Positions 34,256 to 48,662 are shown, counted from the first letter of the stretch. The stretch: DNA of 64,000 nt from Octopus bimaculoides (GCF_001194135.2 NC_068988.1:55334430-55398429), one strand, 5' to 3'. Notes: generated by a model not told the origin, from the letters alone. Translations and numbers: made by a program.

Positions 34256-37200
34256 ATATACATATGATAGCTGACATAATGATATTTGGTGTTGGCGATT
34301 TACAATGAACAATATTGATAACTGCTGAGTGGGAGGAGAGAAAAAATGATCTGAAAATGTAGAAAGCTATCTGTGTGACATCATATGGTCAGTCAAAAAT
34401 TACACGAAGTCATCTGTATGAATCTCCGAGGTAATCTGTAGCGTCAGCGGTCAGTTTGCTGTCTGCCTGGTAACAGTAGCGTCGCATGAGTTAGTCAGCC
34501 ACCTTCAACACTCTACGATTGATTGACCGCCAAAAACGGCTTCTAGCGTACGACTTAAGGGATACTCTCTCTCTTATATATACATTAATACGGACGTAGT
34601 GGATAATAGCTAGCCTTCGGCCGCACTTTTGGACCCTGTTGTATCCATCACTCTGACTGGTTGGTATTGGCGCATTTTATCTCCTGTTCTATTGTGCGCC
34701 AAGATGCAACCCAACCAATTGCAGCCTTCAGATAAGGTCGCGTGAGACAGTCTTTTCTGAACCCCAGTTTACGCCGACAGTATATTATAAATAGCTAGCC
34801 TCTCACCGTCACAGTTTGTCAGTCCTTTCGGCTCCAGACCTTCTGAGGTCTAGCCACTGATCACAGAGCACACAACCAGTTCTAGGGACGACAACAGCAG
34901 CCACATGGAGAGTCGTCAACAGTTCGTCCAGCATTCAGGACCTCCATCTTCGTCGCTTCCAGCTTCTTAGCGTCTACATCAACTTCTCTACGTACACACT
35001 AACCAGCAACGCTCGCAACAACGCTGTTTGTGAAATGCTTCACAATGGTTAACAGCAAATACAACCTGCGACAAACCTTCTGTAACAAGTAACCGGCAGC
35101 AGCATTGAAGCCATAACTTCTCACAACACGTGTCTCTTCCCGGCTCTGCATTGCCGCCACAACTTCTTGTTACAGCACCTCAACCACTGTGTACTTTGAA
35201 TACGAACTGGTATTTACCATCCTTGTGTCTGGACTTACTTCTAACGTCCTTATAGACTCTTTTCTATGCTCTGTATTTCTCGCAAACACATACACACATG
35301 TTTGTATATACACACACTTTGTTTACATGACGGTCTGTCTATTATCATGTTTATATGTCGCACTCACACACAAAGACATACATGTTGACATATCAATAAA
35401 ATCTTCTCTTAAACCTTCTACCGGTTGTGTCTCTCTTTTCCTTCTGGCACTATACTCATTTATCCTCTTTTAATATTTTTATTTGTATCGACCGTGCGAT
35501 GTCTTAAAGGAGCCATTCCTCGTCATCTCTCATGATCACACGGTCGCTTACAGACTTTTATAAGAGTTAAGCAGTTAAAGTTTAGAACATTCGAGGAAAC
35601 TACATCACGTCACAGCTTCACGTTGATTGGTTGATTTATAGACCGATCGCATGAAACTGGTTGCTCACTCGTGGTGTCTGACCGAGTATCTAGCGATTAG
35701 GGTTCGGATCTTTGTTACAGTGCCTTCTATCACAGACGAGGGTCGATCAAGGCCTTCTGAGTGAAGTTTGATAGGCAGAAATCGTATGGAAGTTCATCGT
35801 GGGACCATTCTTGTTTTTGGTGCTTCTAATCTGTTAATACCACCTCCTGACGCTTTAGCGGAGTCCATTTTGTGTGCGAGGATTCGAGCTGGATATCCGA
35901 TCTAAGGATTGCTTTCCCCTTTCCATCTACCCGTATCAGAGACCCTGAAAAAAGTCAAGGGCTGTGCTCTTCTTGTGACTAAGCTGTGTAAAAAAAAAAA
36001 AGAGAGAGAGAGAAAAGTCTACATTATCCAATAACTCTTGCATTGGCCAATACTGTTGGGTGAGATTCGGTTGCTATTTCTAGAAAATACTACTCTGCAA
36101 TACTTCGAAGAATGAGTCTTCAGCCAAAATCTCAGGTTGACTCAAGCTTTGTAAATAAGATATTGGCTTGATTGAAGCTGCTCGAAAACCTGTCAGAAAC
36201 ACTGTACATGTAACTCAGAGAACCCAACCTTGTCAAACGCTGTGTCGCGTTGAATTCTGCTTGAAGGATGTGTGTCCGTAGTCTAGTCAGTTATTATACA
36301 TTATAACACCATGGATAGGTAGTTCTGTTGATCATTGGATCTATTTCATTTTGTGGCCAGACACCGCCGGAGAGAAGCTAATCATGTTTAATTAACACAG
36401 GCCACAGTGAAAGTTGTCGTTGTTGTACTTGTTTAATCAGAAATCAGCCTTGCTCGAGTAAACATGTGATCAAATACGCTCTCAAGCATAACCACCCAAT
36501 CTTTTTCCCATCGAAGGTATGATTTTAAGGCGAGTTGTCTGTTATATCAAGCTGGTTGAGCGACTCCATAGAAGCTCCTTCTTTGGCTTATTGTTATAGA
36601 TGTTTAGCGCTGATGAAACAGATATACGATGTAAAATATTCCACCAATAACTTTTTCATATTTATATACAACATTATCGAAAGTGTTCATATCTTTTTAA
36701 GACGGTAGTGTATAATTTGAGGGTAGAAGACCTCACATTGGCATAAATAACGTAGGTTTTAGCATCTGAGAAAAATACACTGAATACATTCTCAGCTCTG
36801 ACATTATTACATATAATGGATATTAGGCAACTAGAACAATATGATAAATATTGTTGTTTACGCAAACAAACGTCGCCTGTGTGAGGTCTCATTCTGTACT
36901 ATGAAACCACAGACCACAATTTTTAATATTACTACATTACTACAACATTGACTTTATACTACATTTTTACAACGCATCTTCTTCACAAATTTACTACAAC
37001 ACTGCCATCACAATACACTATTTTTTTTATGAAGTGTTCTGTTCAAATTGTTGGTGTGTGCGCACACAAAACATTTTGCAAACAGTGCACAAAAGGTTAC
37101 ACGCCTTGCGTGAGTATAAAATGAACACATACTTTTGTCATGAGAAAAAATATGCATGACAAAATTTTTACGCACATTAATTTCTAATACTTTTAGATAA

Positions 37201-37608
37201 CGTTACTTCCATTCTATATTACCATACCATTGCATCCACAATCTTCACAACACTATATTTAGGCAATGCTACAATTCCACATCACTCTCCTCGCATTACA
37301 TTATTTTGGAACTGCCTGCACAGTATATTTCTACAATGGTATTGCCCCAAACAAGGTTTTAGTTTACTGTAGCGTAAGGGACAACAAAGCAGCAAAAGGA
37401 ACCTACAAATCCAAAAAATATCGGTTGACAGATATGTTAAAGGACTGAATATCAGAGATCAAATGAAAACAAGACGATAGTAATGAGTTCCAGTGAGCAG
37501 CAATTAGAAGAAAGAAGCCATTAGAATAAAAGGACTTATTAACTGACCCCCACTCTCCATTACAACACTGCTTTGATATTAAATTACAACGCTTTTATCT
37601 GTACACTA

Positions 37609-38150
37609 TACAGGTTGTGCCGAGTGTTTGTGAACACGTTTTTGTGGATCTTAAATGGAAGACGATCTAAAGTAATGTCACACAGTATGCACTAAATTGG
37701 AACTTTTTCCTTCCTCTTTCTGACGTATCAATAGCATAGATTTCAGTCCCGCAGAGAAAAAGGAAAAGATACACCGTGCTCGGAGTTCCTACTGCCGAAA
37801 AAAAAAAAAAAACGTTTCGGAAATCACCAACTTCTTGAGTGTGATTAGGTCCTTCATTTTTAGGGTCTGGAAATAATTGAATGCTATTGATATGGACTCA
37901 TTGATATGGACTCATCCAAGTCCAAAAGAAAATTTTCTCAGCAGTCAAGCAATGACAGCCCAATTAGTCTTGCAGGTTCAGAACATCATCAATGACAACG
38001 GTGGTAGGTTGACGAGGACCATCTTCAAGCAACTCAATACAGCGGAGACCCATATTAGAGTGCACGATGATATTGAAAATAAATCCTGCGTGATAAAGAC
38101 GAGGCAGTTCATGTCCTGCAAAACTTGAAAGAACCACGTGATCATATGAC
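37609..38150 (+). mobile_element. 5' fragment of a Tc1/mariner (maT-like) transposon
   Basis: TA-caggttgtgcc end. ORF 37877 carries QVQNIINDN...KQLNTAETHIRVHDDIENKSCVIKTRQFMS, matching the HTH region VQ.II..P.....A..L.V.E..IR.VH.D..YKSY.....QFMS. Confidence 0.65.
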
Positions 38151-38219
38151 TTCCAGCATGTATTACAACGTCGCTATCTTCACATTTCACCACAAGATTC
38201 AGTCGTTGTTGCAGTCGAA

Positions 38220-39150
38220 TAGGGACAACTCACAGCACCAACTCAGCGCCAGGACAACTCACCACAGGAAAACTGATTAATAAATAAATTATTCGTTTTA
38301 TAACATTATCAGAAACTTATAAAAAAGATTACTCTTAATACATGGCTTGAATAATAAAAAAAAAGCAGAACAACGATGCTACCTTTGCACTAAAAGCCAA
38401 GATAATATTAAGTTTAGCATTTGATCCTGTTCCATATATTGATTTGTATATTGACGCCCTCTCTGCGGATATACCTGAAGAATTTGCAGCACTGCTGAAT
38501 TGGTTCGAAGATACCTATATTGGAAAACCAAATCGACGTGGAAATAGTAGAAGACCTTCACTCTTCCCTTATGAAATGTGGAATGTTTACGAGAGGATGT
38601 TGCTCGGGAAGACCGGACAAATAACCATACTGAAGCAGCAAATAGGAGACTCCAAACAGAGCTGGGAATGGAGCACTCCACAATTTAGAGAGTCATAAAT
38701 GGGCTGCATAAGGTGCAAAGAAACCGAGATGCATTGTTTGAGCAACTGATTGGAAGTCATCCCCATCCCCTTAAACTGAAGAAGTATATGAAGGCAGATG
38801 ATAGAATTCTGCATATTGTTTCATCTTTTTCAGAACGATCTCCCACAGAATATTTGAAGGGAATTGCATACAACTTTCAATAAATTTCTCATTTAAATTT
38901 TAGCCTTGTATTGAAAATGTAGTTTCTCAATTACTTTTATTCGAATTTTAAAATTCATGTCTTGTATTAAATTAATCTTTTATAAATACCTGATAAAGTT
39001 ATAAAACGAATAAAGTTATAAAACGAAACAATTATTTATTAATCAATTTTCCTGGTGTTCAGTTGTCATGGCAATGAGTTTTCCTGGCTTTGAGTCGGCT
39101 ATGTTGAGTCGGCGGTGTTAAGTTGGCGGTGGTGAGTTGTCCTGCACCCT
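38220..39150 (+). mobile_element. Non-autonomous Mutator (MULE) element with long TIRs and C-terminal transposase remnant (38384-38883)
   Basis: Remnant reads LAF...LLNWFEDTYIG...LFPYEMWNVYER, a frameshift, then RTNNHTEA...EYLKGIAYN. TIRs of about 140-200 bp (38221-38360 vs 38945-39150) contain caggacaactca subrepeats. Confidence 0.85.
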
Positions 39151-39450
39151 GTGGCGGTGTGGCAGCTTGTGCGCCTCAGTGACCCTGAGAGCTAAGCCGG
39201 TAGACAAGTCAAAAAGCTAAGCTCTTGGTTGAGAAGTCAAATGCGAGAGGCTAGACTAATATAGATTACCTCTTCCCAGAGGTAAAAATGGGCTAGCGAA
39301 AGGCCAACACTCCTAACTAATAAAAAAGAAAAGTTACAGATGCATTAATGACATTCAAAACAAACAAGACCTGGGAGAGGAATGCCTTCCTTGAGGGAAA
39401 CACAAGAATAGGTCCCACAAGGGAGGCGAAAGACAAGACGCCCTTGGGAT
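39150..39450 (+). mobile_element. Probable RTE LINE 5' UTR fragment
   Basis: Homologous to the reverse complement of 29690-29990. Confidence 0.45.
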
Positions 39451-40750
39451 ACTGAAGAAGAGCTGAAAAAGTAGGAATCTAACTGAAGGGAAGTAGAAAA
39501 AACAACCGAGTACCGAAAACTGCAGAAAAGTTGTCGATGGTTTACACTTCACAGGGGATAAATGGCTGAAGTAACTATCTTCATATTACATCACATAAAA
39601 CAAACCCCACATTATATTATAATAATATTACTTTCAACACCATAATCTCATCTCAATTTCTACCTTGTTGTTGCTTGGTCCCAAGTTAGTCTGATTGAAG
39701 AAATCTTTGTATAAGGTACCTCAGCCATGACTGTCTCATCTTTTTACAGCAAAAACTTACCTAAAATACATTACCCAGCGTTTCCTCCCATTCATTGTTT
39801 TGTTTAGGCTAAGGTAAGCCTTCATTGAGCAGGCCTTTGATCAAACGGTGTTCAAATCAAGATTATTTCCAAGATCTATATTGGCTAATGTAGACTTATT
39901 TAAGATGGTAAGATATAATTTAAGGGTGAGTCAATTGATATTTCTAATAAGCTTTCTTATGGATTATGCTCTCGTTAGTTCAGTCTCTACATTGTGATAA
40001 CAGAAGGTGTTACTTACATGGAACGCAGACGTGTTTGTTCAGTAAATACGTGCAACAAGAATGTTCTGAAATAGAACAAAAAATAATGAGTTTCAGAAGT
40101 TAGTTTTAGTTTTTCAATTTTATAATGATTACAAAGGCGGTGAGCAGGCAGAATCGTTATCACGCCGAGGCAAAATGCCACAAGGCATTTTGTCCGTCTT
40201 TACGTTCTGAGTTGAAATACCGCCAAAATTTGAAACCGATATTATAATGATTATAGGAAATTATTAAAGGGGTGGTCGAAACAGCAGAGAACCAATAAAT
40301 TATCTTGTAAAATTCAGTTATGTCCTTTAATGTTCAAATTTCAAACCAAGACGGGGACAGTTTTGTTCTTCACCTTATCGGAAATAATGGTTTCAAATTT
40401 TGGTACATGGCCAGCAATTTCGGTTGGGGGAGTAAGACGATTATCTCGACCCCGCCCCCCAGTGATAACCCGGTACTTATTTTATCGATCCCAAAAGAAT
40501 GAAAGGCAAAGTCCCTCTTGACTTATGCTTTCTGAAGATCATAGTCATGTTCAGTTCACGGCTTATTTTTAATGACTGAATTCTTTTTGAATCATTGATT
40601 TAACAGCTTATTTTGGGCCAATAGATTCTATTTTGACAATATTGTTTTGGTAAGAACGTATTACAAATAATAAGATTCAATTCTGTTCACATTTGTAGTA
40701 AAATACTGTTGGGGGTTGACATTAATCGTTTCATCTCAGGATGCTCTGAA

Positions 40751-40985
40751 CTGGTGGTTCTTGACCATTTTTCTACCTGTGGATCCTTTTGATTCATATT
40801 TTACTCGGCTGGACCCTCATAGCCATTTGATGCCTGAAAAATCCTATTATATTTTTTGTAATAAAATATTATTAGGAATTGTATATAAAATTTGTTAACA
40901 TATTTTGTGCATTGTAGAAGTATAACCACTTCATTGCGCATAAATTTTAACAAAATCCTTTATGGACCTTGGTTGAGAATCACTG
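40751..40985. mobile_element. hAT-type MITE
   Basis: Ends ctggtggttcttgacc ... ggttgagaatcactg. Confidence 0.5.
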
Positions 40986-40989
40986 CCAT

Positions 40990-41480
40990 ACACACTTCGG
41001 TATTTAAAAATTTTCCCGACCTTGTGCGTTGAAGTTTAAGAATTATTACTTCAACAGTAATGTGTCTAATAATATCTTTTAGATGCTCATAAATAAAATA
41101 TTTGTCTTCATCAGAACCATGCATTGTTGGTGCATAAAAACTCATAAACACTGTCAAATGATTACAAGATACAGACACTGACAGAGACATAAGTCTAGCA
41201 TTTAAACCATATGGTAGCTTAGTGAGAAGTGACACTAAAGTTCACCCAATCGCAAAATCAATGTCAGACTCACTCCTCTGATTATCAATTCTTTCATACC
41301 AGAAAATAGCGTAGCCATCCCTTATTTTAGCATATTGACCCTTACCAGTGAAATAGGTCGTCGACAAGGTAACAATATCTATTCTGTGCATAGCAAGTTC
41401 TAAAGAAGTTAAACCAATTCTCCTTTCAGTAAATACTTCGTTGAAAGTATTCCAACAGCATGCCAGAAAATCAGCTACGT
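40990..41480 (-). mobile_element. Decayed RTE-clade LINE, AP-endonuclease domain
   Basis: Minus-strand motifs WN..., ERRIGL..LEL...RIDIVTLS, GYAIFW, DFAI, GLNARLMSL and SFYAPTM...DEDK. Confidence 0.75.
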
Positions 41481-42089
41481 GCTTTTTGACAGTTGCTTGA
41501 TGATGACTCGAGCCCAGCTACATTCCTTGGAGACCCTGTAGGCTCAGCACTGTGAGCACGAGTCTTGCAAAATCTTTTTGCCGATTACTTTATTTTGAGA
41601 ATAAGGTTGTCATAAGGCCGATAGTTCTGTTTATGAAGGATATCACAAACCTGCCACGTGTTGCCGAAAATGTATCACTAAGAGAATTCATCAAAACCTT
41701 CACGCTATATGAGATCACATTTCCCGTAAAATTTTAGGAAGCTAACTCGATTATTTGACCACCAATATAAACAAGTAATATCTATGCATGAATAATATCT
41801 ATGATTTCCGTAATGAAAGGAAAATGGCTTGTACAACCGCACTTGGCCATATATGAGTATACGTCTGTGTATTTGAGCTACAAGCCTTATTTGGACGTAC
41901 TTGAAATCAGCAACAACAAAGAAATACAATGATCACTGGGTATTACATCTATCTACCTGTCTATTCATCCACCCATCCATCCATCCATCCATCCATCCAT
42001 CCATCCATCCACCCACCCATCCATAAGTACATACATACATACATACATACATACATACATACACTATCTCACTGGCCTAATTTTTTCTC

Positions 42090-42460
42090 CGCTTGATGTT
42101 GGTTGGTTTAAGAAGTGACTTCCTTCTTGCTGCTCTGCCAAAGTAACCAAGTTTGTGGAGATACCTGACAGCTGTTCTGGGACTAAAATTCAACTTGTTC
42201 TGCTATTTCGAGGCCTTGCAACGAGGATTATCCTTTACACTTCTCTTAACAAAGGGAAGGATCCTATCAGAGGGCTCTGGTTGATCTGGGCGAGGTGATG
42301 TGGACTCCTTCTCCTCTCTAGTGAATTTCACAACCACTCTATTAACTGTAGAAAGCAGGATGCCAAGGTTTTCTACGATTTTACGCGATGTCCATCTTCA
42401 GAATGCCCCACAATACGGCTTCTTTGAAATTCAGACAGTTCCAAGGCTTCTTTTGTACAC
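42090..42460 (-). mobile_element. Highly decayed Tc1-like fragment
   Basis: DNA-level resemblance (cttccttcttgc.gctct.cc...tttgtggag) to the Tc1 HTH region. No clean translation. Confidence 0.35.
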
Positions 42461-43609
42461 GGCATAATTAAACACTCACATATAGAACTTGAAACATAAA
42501 AATGTCAATTAATAAAAAAATATACCTTTACAAGTTAGAATAAACATAAAACGATGGTTTATGGGTATCTATTTACTTCTGTCATGTGTGTGTATGTGTG
42601 TATGTGTGTGTGTGTGTTTGAATATACATACATGTATATATATCCAAAATAGGTAGAATCAACAAAAAGTACTCCATCAAGTGAGAGATAAATATCAAAT
42701 CAATACACATACCAAAAGAGCTACTAATAGTTTTTCATGGCGTATTTCATAAAAATGTCTAGTAGTATCATTAAAACACGAAACTATGTGTATCTCTTTT
42801 GGTATGTGTATTAATTTTATATATATATATATATATATNNNNNNNNNNCGATCTTATATCGTTTGTAGAAAACATAAATCCGAAAGAAGAAGCACACTCT
42901 AAGATGTAGAGCTGTATATATTAAAAATGGGGAAGGCCGGTTTATGAGATTAGCTTAGGTTTCCCACAGTGGCAACACCAACAAGAATTACAACACCCAC
43001 ACCAGATGACGGTACATACAGAATGCGTGTTTCTACAGCATCATCGACTCAAGAAGCACCAACCACCCATCAACACATCGACGTCGCGCACAACACCTCA
43101 GACATAAGCACAGAGCAGAGCAAAGTTTACTAGATGGAGACCCAATATTTTACCACTGATTCATCTGATAAAATTAGAAAATAATGATAGTATATATAAG
43201 ATTGGGATCTCTTGTGATGGATTTCATGTCGTTGGAATTTCAGTCCCAGTTCTAATGACATTTCTAATAGCACCATATGATTTGCCTTGACAGATAGTAG
43301 CCCAGTTTCCATTGCTATGTAAAAATGTTTTGTTGCTGGGTTAATGGTTAGTGTCAGGTTAGATTAATGGTTAATATGATTTTGCGTCTAATGATAAGTT
43401 AGGACATAATGTAAATTAAGCTTTCGAGAAAGATCAAGGTTAGATTTATGCTTAAGAGTTACGTAAGTTAGATATGGAAGAACCAATGTCTGTTTCATTT
43501 CCTGATGTTTATCAGTTGTTGTTTATTGACTGTCTCCGCTATTTATCCTATGTGTTATACAAAATTATTACGTTAAAGGCTAGTTAATTACTTAGACATT
43601 ACCATATCA

Positions 43610-43858
43610 AGTCCGAAGACTCATAGCGCCGGTTACTCCGTTTCCATGGCAAACAAATGACTAAGATCACAATATTCGTTCTGAACGGGACTCAAGTCCG
43701 TCACAAGGTGGCCCATTTATAGCTGTATGAAATGAAATAATGTGAAATGGAGTGTTTTAGTTCAAGAACACAATGTACCGCCCTGTCCAGGAATCGAAAC
43801 CACGATCTTGAAATGATCGTGAGCTCAATAGCCTAACCATTAGGCCACTCACCTTCAC
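43610..43858 (-). mobile_element. tRNA-head SINE (family C head)
   Basis: Reverse complement of gtgaaggt...tggcctaatggttaggc...ggtttcgattcctgg...tgtgttcttgaac. Confidence 0.6.
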
Positions 43859-44067
43859 AAAAAATTATGTCAATCACATTTAATGGAAACTTACCTTTTG
43901 GACAATCTTCGTTGGTTTCGCATTTTGTTTTTGGAGAATGTTTGACCGCTGGGCAATTTCCGATGCTGGCAGGATGAACAAAATCTGTTCAAGTAAATGA
44001 AACAATTAGACAAGTTCAAACTGGTGTAGAAATGTTCGATGCAATAAAATCAAATTACAGCCTTTTG

Positions 44068-44438
44068 TCTTTTACTTGCGTCAGTCGTTGGGCTGCGGTC
44101 AATCCTTGAAGGGTTCACTTGAACAAATCGACCTTAATACTTATTTTTTAAAGTCTGGTACTGATTTTTTTCTGTCCTTTTTTTGCCGAACAACTAACTT
44201 ACGGGTTCGTAAACAGACCAAATCCGGTTATCAAGAGGGCAAACACGAAAGCAAACTCACACACAGACATATACGACGGACGTTTTTCAGTTTCCGCCTA
44301 TTAAATCCATGCATCAGGCTTTGGTTGTTCCGGGGCTAAAAATAGAAGACACTTGGTCAAGGTGTCGTGCTGTGGGATTGAACTTGAAATCGTATGGTTG
44401 GAAAGCAGACTTCTTACCACACAGCCACGGCTACACCT
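44068..44438 (-). mobile_element. SINE family A, complete copy with a very short internal repeat
   Basis: Both modules present in reverse complement. Confidence 0.8.
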
Positions 44439-44899
44439 ATTTACACGAGGCCCAAGTCTAACGAAGAAATTTAGTTGCTTGACTTTCACGTGAAAGAAAA
44501 AACAAGAGAGTGAAAAGGTTCGTATTTCTCTTATATTTATTAGTGGAATATATGAAATAAGTAAAACTAATAATGAAGCTTTTGACCGCAGAAATTTGTT
44601 CGCAGAGACTTTACCTTGTATGCTATCAATAAAAATCATGTCACTGTTTACTTCTTCTATATATATGAAACTGAATCAAACATTTCATTGTTATGAAATA
44701 TAACGTGTCTTGAATAGTACAACAAAGCAGAGTGGACTATAATAACTGTAATAATTTAATTATTCATAGTCTAACATGATATAATATTTCGGAATATAAA
44801 AATTCCTTCTTCAGATATTGCTAGGAATTGATCGAGTCACTGCTATAATCCTATATATTTTCTCCGATATATCAATGCCCAATATGTCCTTGACTCTAA

Positions 44900-45589
44900 C
44901 AAGTCCTACTCTTATATAAATAATACCACTCTTCATTCCTCCTTGACCTTCTGCTCCCAAGAGTCATCTACATGCAACCTGGATATCTTTCATTAAATCT
45001 ACACAGACTCCACGCAGAGATCTCAAAAACATCCATCAAAGAGGTCATGTAAATCTTGACACTTTCAATAGAACGATCACCCTCCACCAATCATTGCACA
45101 TAGCAAAACACATCGTAGCACCTAACCATCTTAAATATGAACAACAAGCAAGTAAAGCCCTTGCTATCACAATGCAGTATCAAATGCTATACGTCATTAT
45201 CACTGAAGAGACATCCTGGCAAACGTACCTCCCTTAGCATAACTAAAACTGCTCCTCATCTCAATGAATCCTTTTCGTCAGAGCCCAGACCACTACAAAA
45301 CCTCTATAAGGTGAAATTGAGGTCGATCACAGAGTACTGCGTCCATATCTTTGAAAATACAGCTGCCTCACACATATTCTAGTCTGTGACCATTCAATTG
45401 ATTAGCATAGAGTTACTGACAAGTTGCAGTTTCAGATGTTTTATCTCTGTCTCTACTTCTCGAGGTTGGCTGGCCTTATTCACTTCCACTCAGACATCTC
45501 TTGCCTGCTCGTCACCTGTACTGTTTTCACCTACTAGGTCCTTGCACTAACCACTACATTCATTTCTTCCTCATCAGGAAATCCAACAT

Positions 45590-45590
<1 letters not shown>
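44900..45590 (+). mobile_element. Decayed CR1/Jockey-group LINE reverse transcriptase fragment
   Basis: YINNTTLHSSL (YADD region) and SITKTA...LQNLYKVKLRSITEYCVHIF, matching LL.LYKA..RP..EYC.HIW. Confidence 0.6.

Positions 45591-45662
<72 letters not shown>
45591..45662. repeat. (CT)n microsatellite
   Basis: Directly visible. Confidence 0.95.
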
Positions 45663-45665
<3 letters not shown>

Positions 45666-46429
45666 CACACCACTCCTGCAGTCATCGACTTGCAAAAGTT
45701 TTAGAGGGAAGTGAACAAATCTCATTGATCTAAGAGAGTCTGTGAATGCCTCAGGTACTCCCCGTTACTTCAGATTTAGCCAATAGAAATAGATGTAAAA
45801 GACTAATAAAATAGATATATAAAGACAATGGGAATAGACATAAGCGTTCAGGTTTTGACAGAATATAAATTAACGAAAGTTTAATTTACATTTAATTCAA
45901 AGGTTTATGCCATTTTCAGGGTATATAATAGGTTTTAAAAAATTTCAATGTTTTGTATTGGCAATGCGTTCAGATTGTGTTGACGAATGGTGTCTTGGCA
46001 AATGAAATTTTAAAACATTCAGTTATATAAAGATTTCAAGTGTTTTTAATAGTTAATATATGATCTCCCCAAAGTGATCTTCCATTTTAAGTTGCAGTGG
46101 GTTTTGAAGAATAGATTAATTTTTTTATTTTTTATCTATTGTTGACTAAAGAACAGTTTTCATTTAATTTGTTTTAGCTGCTCCACCGATATTTCAGTTT
46201 CGGCGAGTATAAATCTGATATTGGATAATTGTCGTTACCTTTCAAAGTACCACACAATTCGCTCTCTGCTAATGTATATAACAAACGGTCTGCGTTTGAC
46301 AAAGCAAAGAAAGATAAGTAAAGGATAGGAAAATCAGAAACAAAAATAGCAACAAAAGACATGTGAGTGTTGGAAACTACTCGTTAAAAATGTTCTAAGC
46401 TGGATTTGTCGTTTGAAAATTACGTAGCA

Positions 46430-48000
46430 AATATTTTGTTTCATGAAAAAAAAACCCCAAATCTTGCCAGATAGGAATGCGCATTACAAAAATACATTTA
46501 TCATAATGGTAAATCATTTCTCTAGTGAAACATGAACGGACAGGACATAGGTTTTAAAAAAATATTATTACCTCATTCTTCAGTGCATTAGATTTAAGAA
46601 TAATAAACCTTGCAAAAGCTAATTTTCTTGGCATAAAATACTAGTATATTTTCCCTTTATCAGAAATTTATGTCAGATCATCTTATGATATGTTTATGTA
46701 TTTGTTTTACAAGACTCTTAATGTGAAATCGTATGTTGAAGCAGATATTGTTACACTTGGGGTTGGTCATATTTTGCTAATTCAACACATACGCCAAATA
46801 TTTGGTCTTCACTACAAAAATGAAATAAGCAGAAAAAGAAGTGACACGTGGGACAGATAGTCGCTGAAGAGATCGCAGGATGTGTGACGAAAGAACTTTA
46901 ACAAAGAAACTAAAATTTAAAAAAAATGTAAGAATAAAGCTGAAGTGAAGATCAAATATAAAATGCGTGTGTTTAATTGACAAAACGTGACCGTCTCCAA
47001 GTATAACAATATTTTATAACCAATCGTCGATCAGATATTCTCAGTAATTTAGTATCCGATTCTAGTAGACACATATCTTTATCTTCAGATATAATTGCTT
47101 TTAGAAAAGCTACGTACTTCTGTAGCGATGCATTTAACCGTAGTAGATTTTATATATAACAGACCTTTTGCTCCTAAAACGAAGAAACAGAATTAAGAAA
47201 ATTGTATAATCCAAATTTTAGCTTGAATATTCGAATAATATAGTTAAAGAGTTTCTAAGTTAGTTTCAGTGCATTTTTCTAGAAAACATAGATACCAAAA
47301 TTTCGCCGGCTCCGTAAATTCTTGTAATGCAAAACATCTGTCAAATATTCTTGAAGTGCTATTCTTAGAATATATAAAAGTATTTTTCTGACTGCATTTA
47401 CATACATACACCTAGACACACATCGCTACACAGATATACATAACCAAACGTAAAGCAACAGGGAAATTAACGATAGAGAAGTAACGAGTTCTAATTCAAA
47501 CACTATTTCGGAAAGCGGTGCCCAAATTGGTGAAAATTAAAATAGTGTAAATAGATTAGAACTTAAAAAGAACAAACGTAAGAATGTAAATAATCAAGTA
47601 AATATAGGAGATAATAGAACTATAATGGAGAAACGAATTGTGATAGTACAACACATAAATCATGCCCACTAAAATTAAACTGCAGAATTAAAGACGTGGT
47701 GTACAGATGTAAAGTAATTTCAGAAGGACAGGCGTATTTCTACATAGGTGCTAGCGAGACCTTTATTAAACGTAGAATAGATAATCATGAACTATCGTTT
47801 AGGGATAAAAATAAGAAAAATAATACGAGCTTAAGTAATATAATTTGATCGCTAGAAGATAATAATAAAGCATACACAATTAGCTGGGATATAATTAGTA
47901 GAACTAAACCATATAGTAAAGGAAGTAAACGTTGCGAATTGTAAACCATAGACAAGAAAGCGCAACAAGGTGTGTTCACCAATCAAAATATACCTTTAAG
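46430..48000 (+). mobile_element. Decayed Penelope-like element (Neptune-type): RT plus GIY-YIG
   Basis: Colinear motifs RIINLAKAN (RLINPAK), GLHYKNE (GLYRDD), SLSSD..AF.KA, NPNFS.N, HF..KH and VKYS. At 47636-47962: CPL..NC...VVYRC...YIGASE..IKRR..NH..SF...T.LS..I*....Y.I.W.I....PY....KRC.L. Confidence 0.8.
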
Positions 48001-48662
48001 AGGTTTAAATAATTGCATGATATGACTAACTAAAATTGGAATTTGAAGTAAGTAAATTATAACAAATAACGAACAAAAATGTAAACCCCTTCATAAATTA
48101 AACTGAAAAATTTTCAAAATGTGAAAACAAAGTTTAAGTTGAATAAAATTAACTACAAAGAAAATATTAATTTAAATTAAATTTCAAAATAACAAGAAAA
48201 TGATAGACCCATAGTTTAATAATAATATCAACATCAGAAAAAAACAAAGAATAATTTAATACATTTGGAAAAAATAAAATTACTATTCTACATAGGTGGA
48301 ATGGTAGGCTAGAACATGAATTAAGAACCATAGGAAAATTCTTGAGCATTAAGATAGAAAGTAGCAATAAGTTCTGAAGTAGCCAGGGTAACATAAAGTT
48401 CACGAAATATATGACTATTTTTAGTAACGCCAACACCACATTAGAGAATAATTTTAGTCAAGATTATGCTATCTTCAGATGATATCCGACCAACAGTTAA
48501 AGTGGATCCTGATGAAGTTGCAACGATAATTAACACCAAGACGCATATTTAACAGTGTGCACCAGTTTTCAGCGGAAACGTGCGTAGGTCTTGAAGAAAG
48601 ATGTGATTAATTGTAAAATAAAACTTGGATGTGCAAATCTCTGTTTTCCTGATTTCAATTTC

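Noticed and set aside
33060-38150. Idea that the minus-strand C-terminal and plus-strand N-terminal Tc1/mariner pieces are one element split by an inversion
   Set aside because: The 33-kb copy has its own N-terminal motif (VRTPEFI) joined to the C-terminus by an internal deletion, so these are two independent copies.
48495-48535. Hammerhead-like core CTGATGA near the end of the Penelope-like element
   Set aside because: Followed by GATA instead of GAAA, and I could not build stems I and III. An Infernal or RNAMotif search would settle it.
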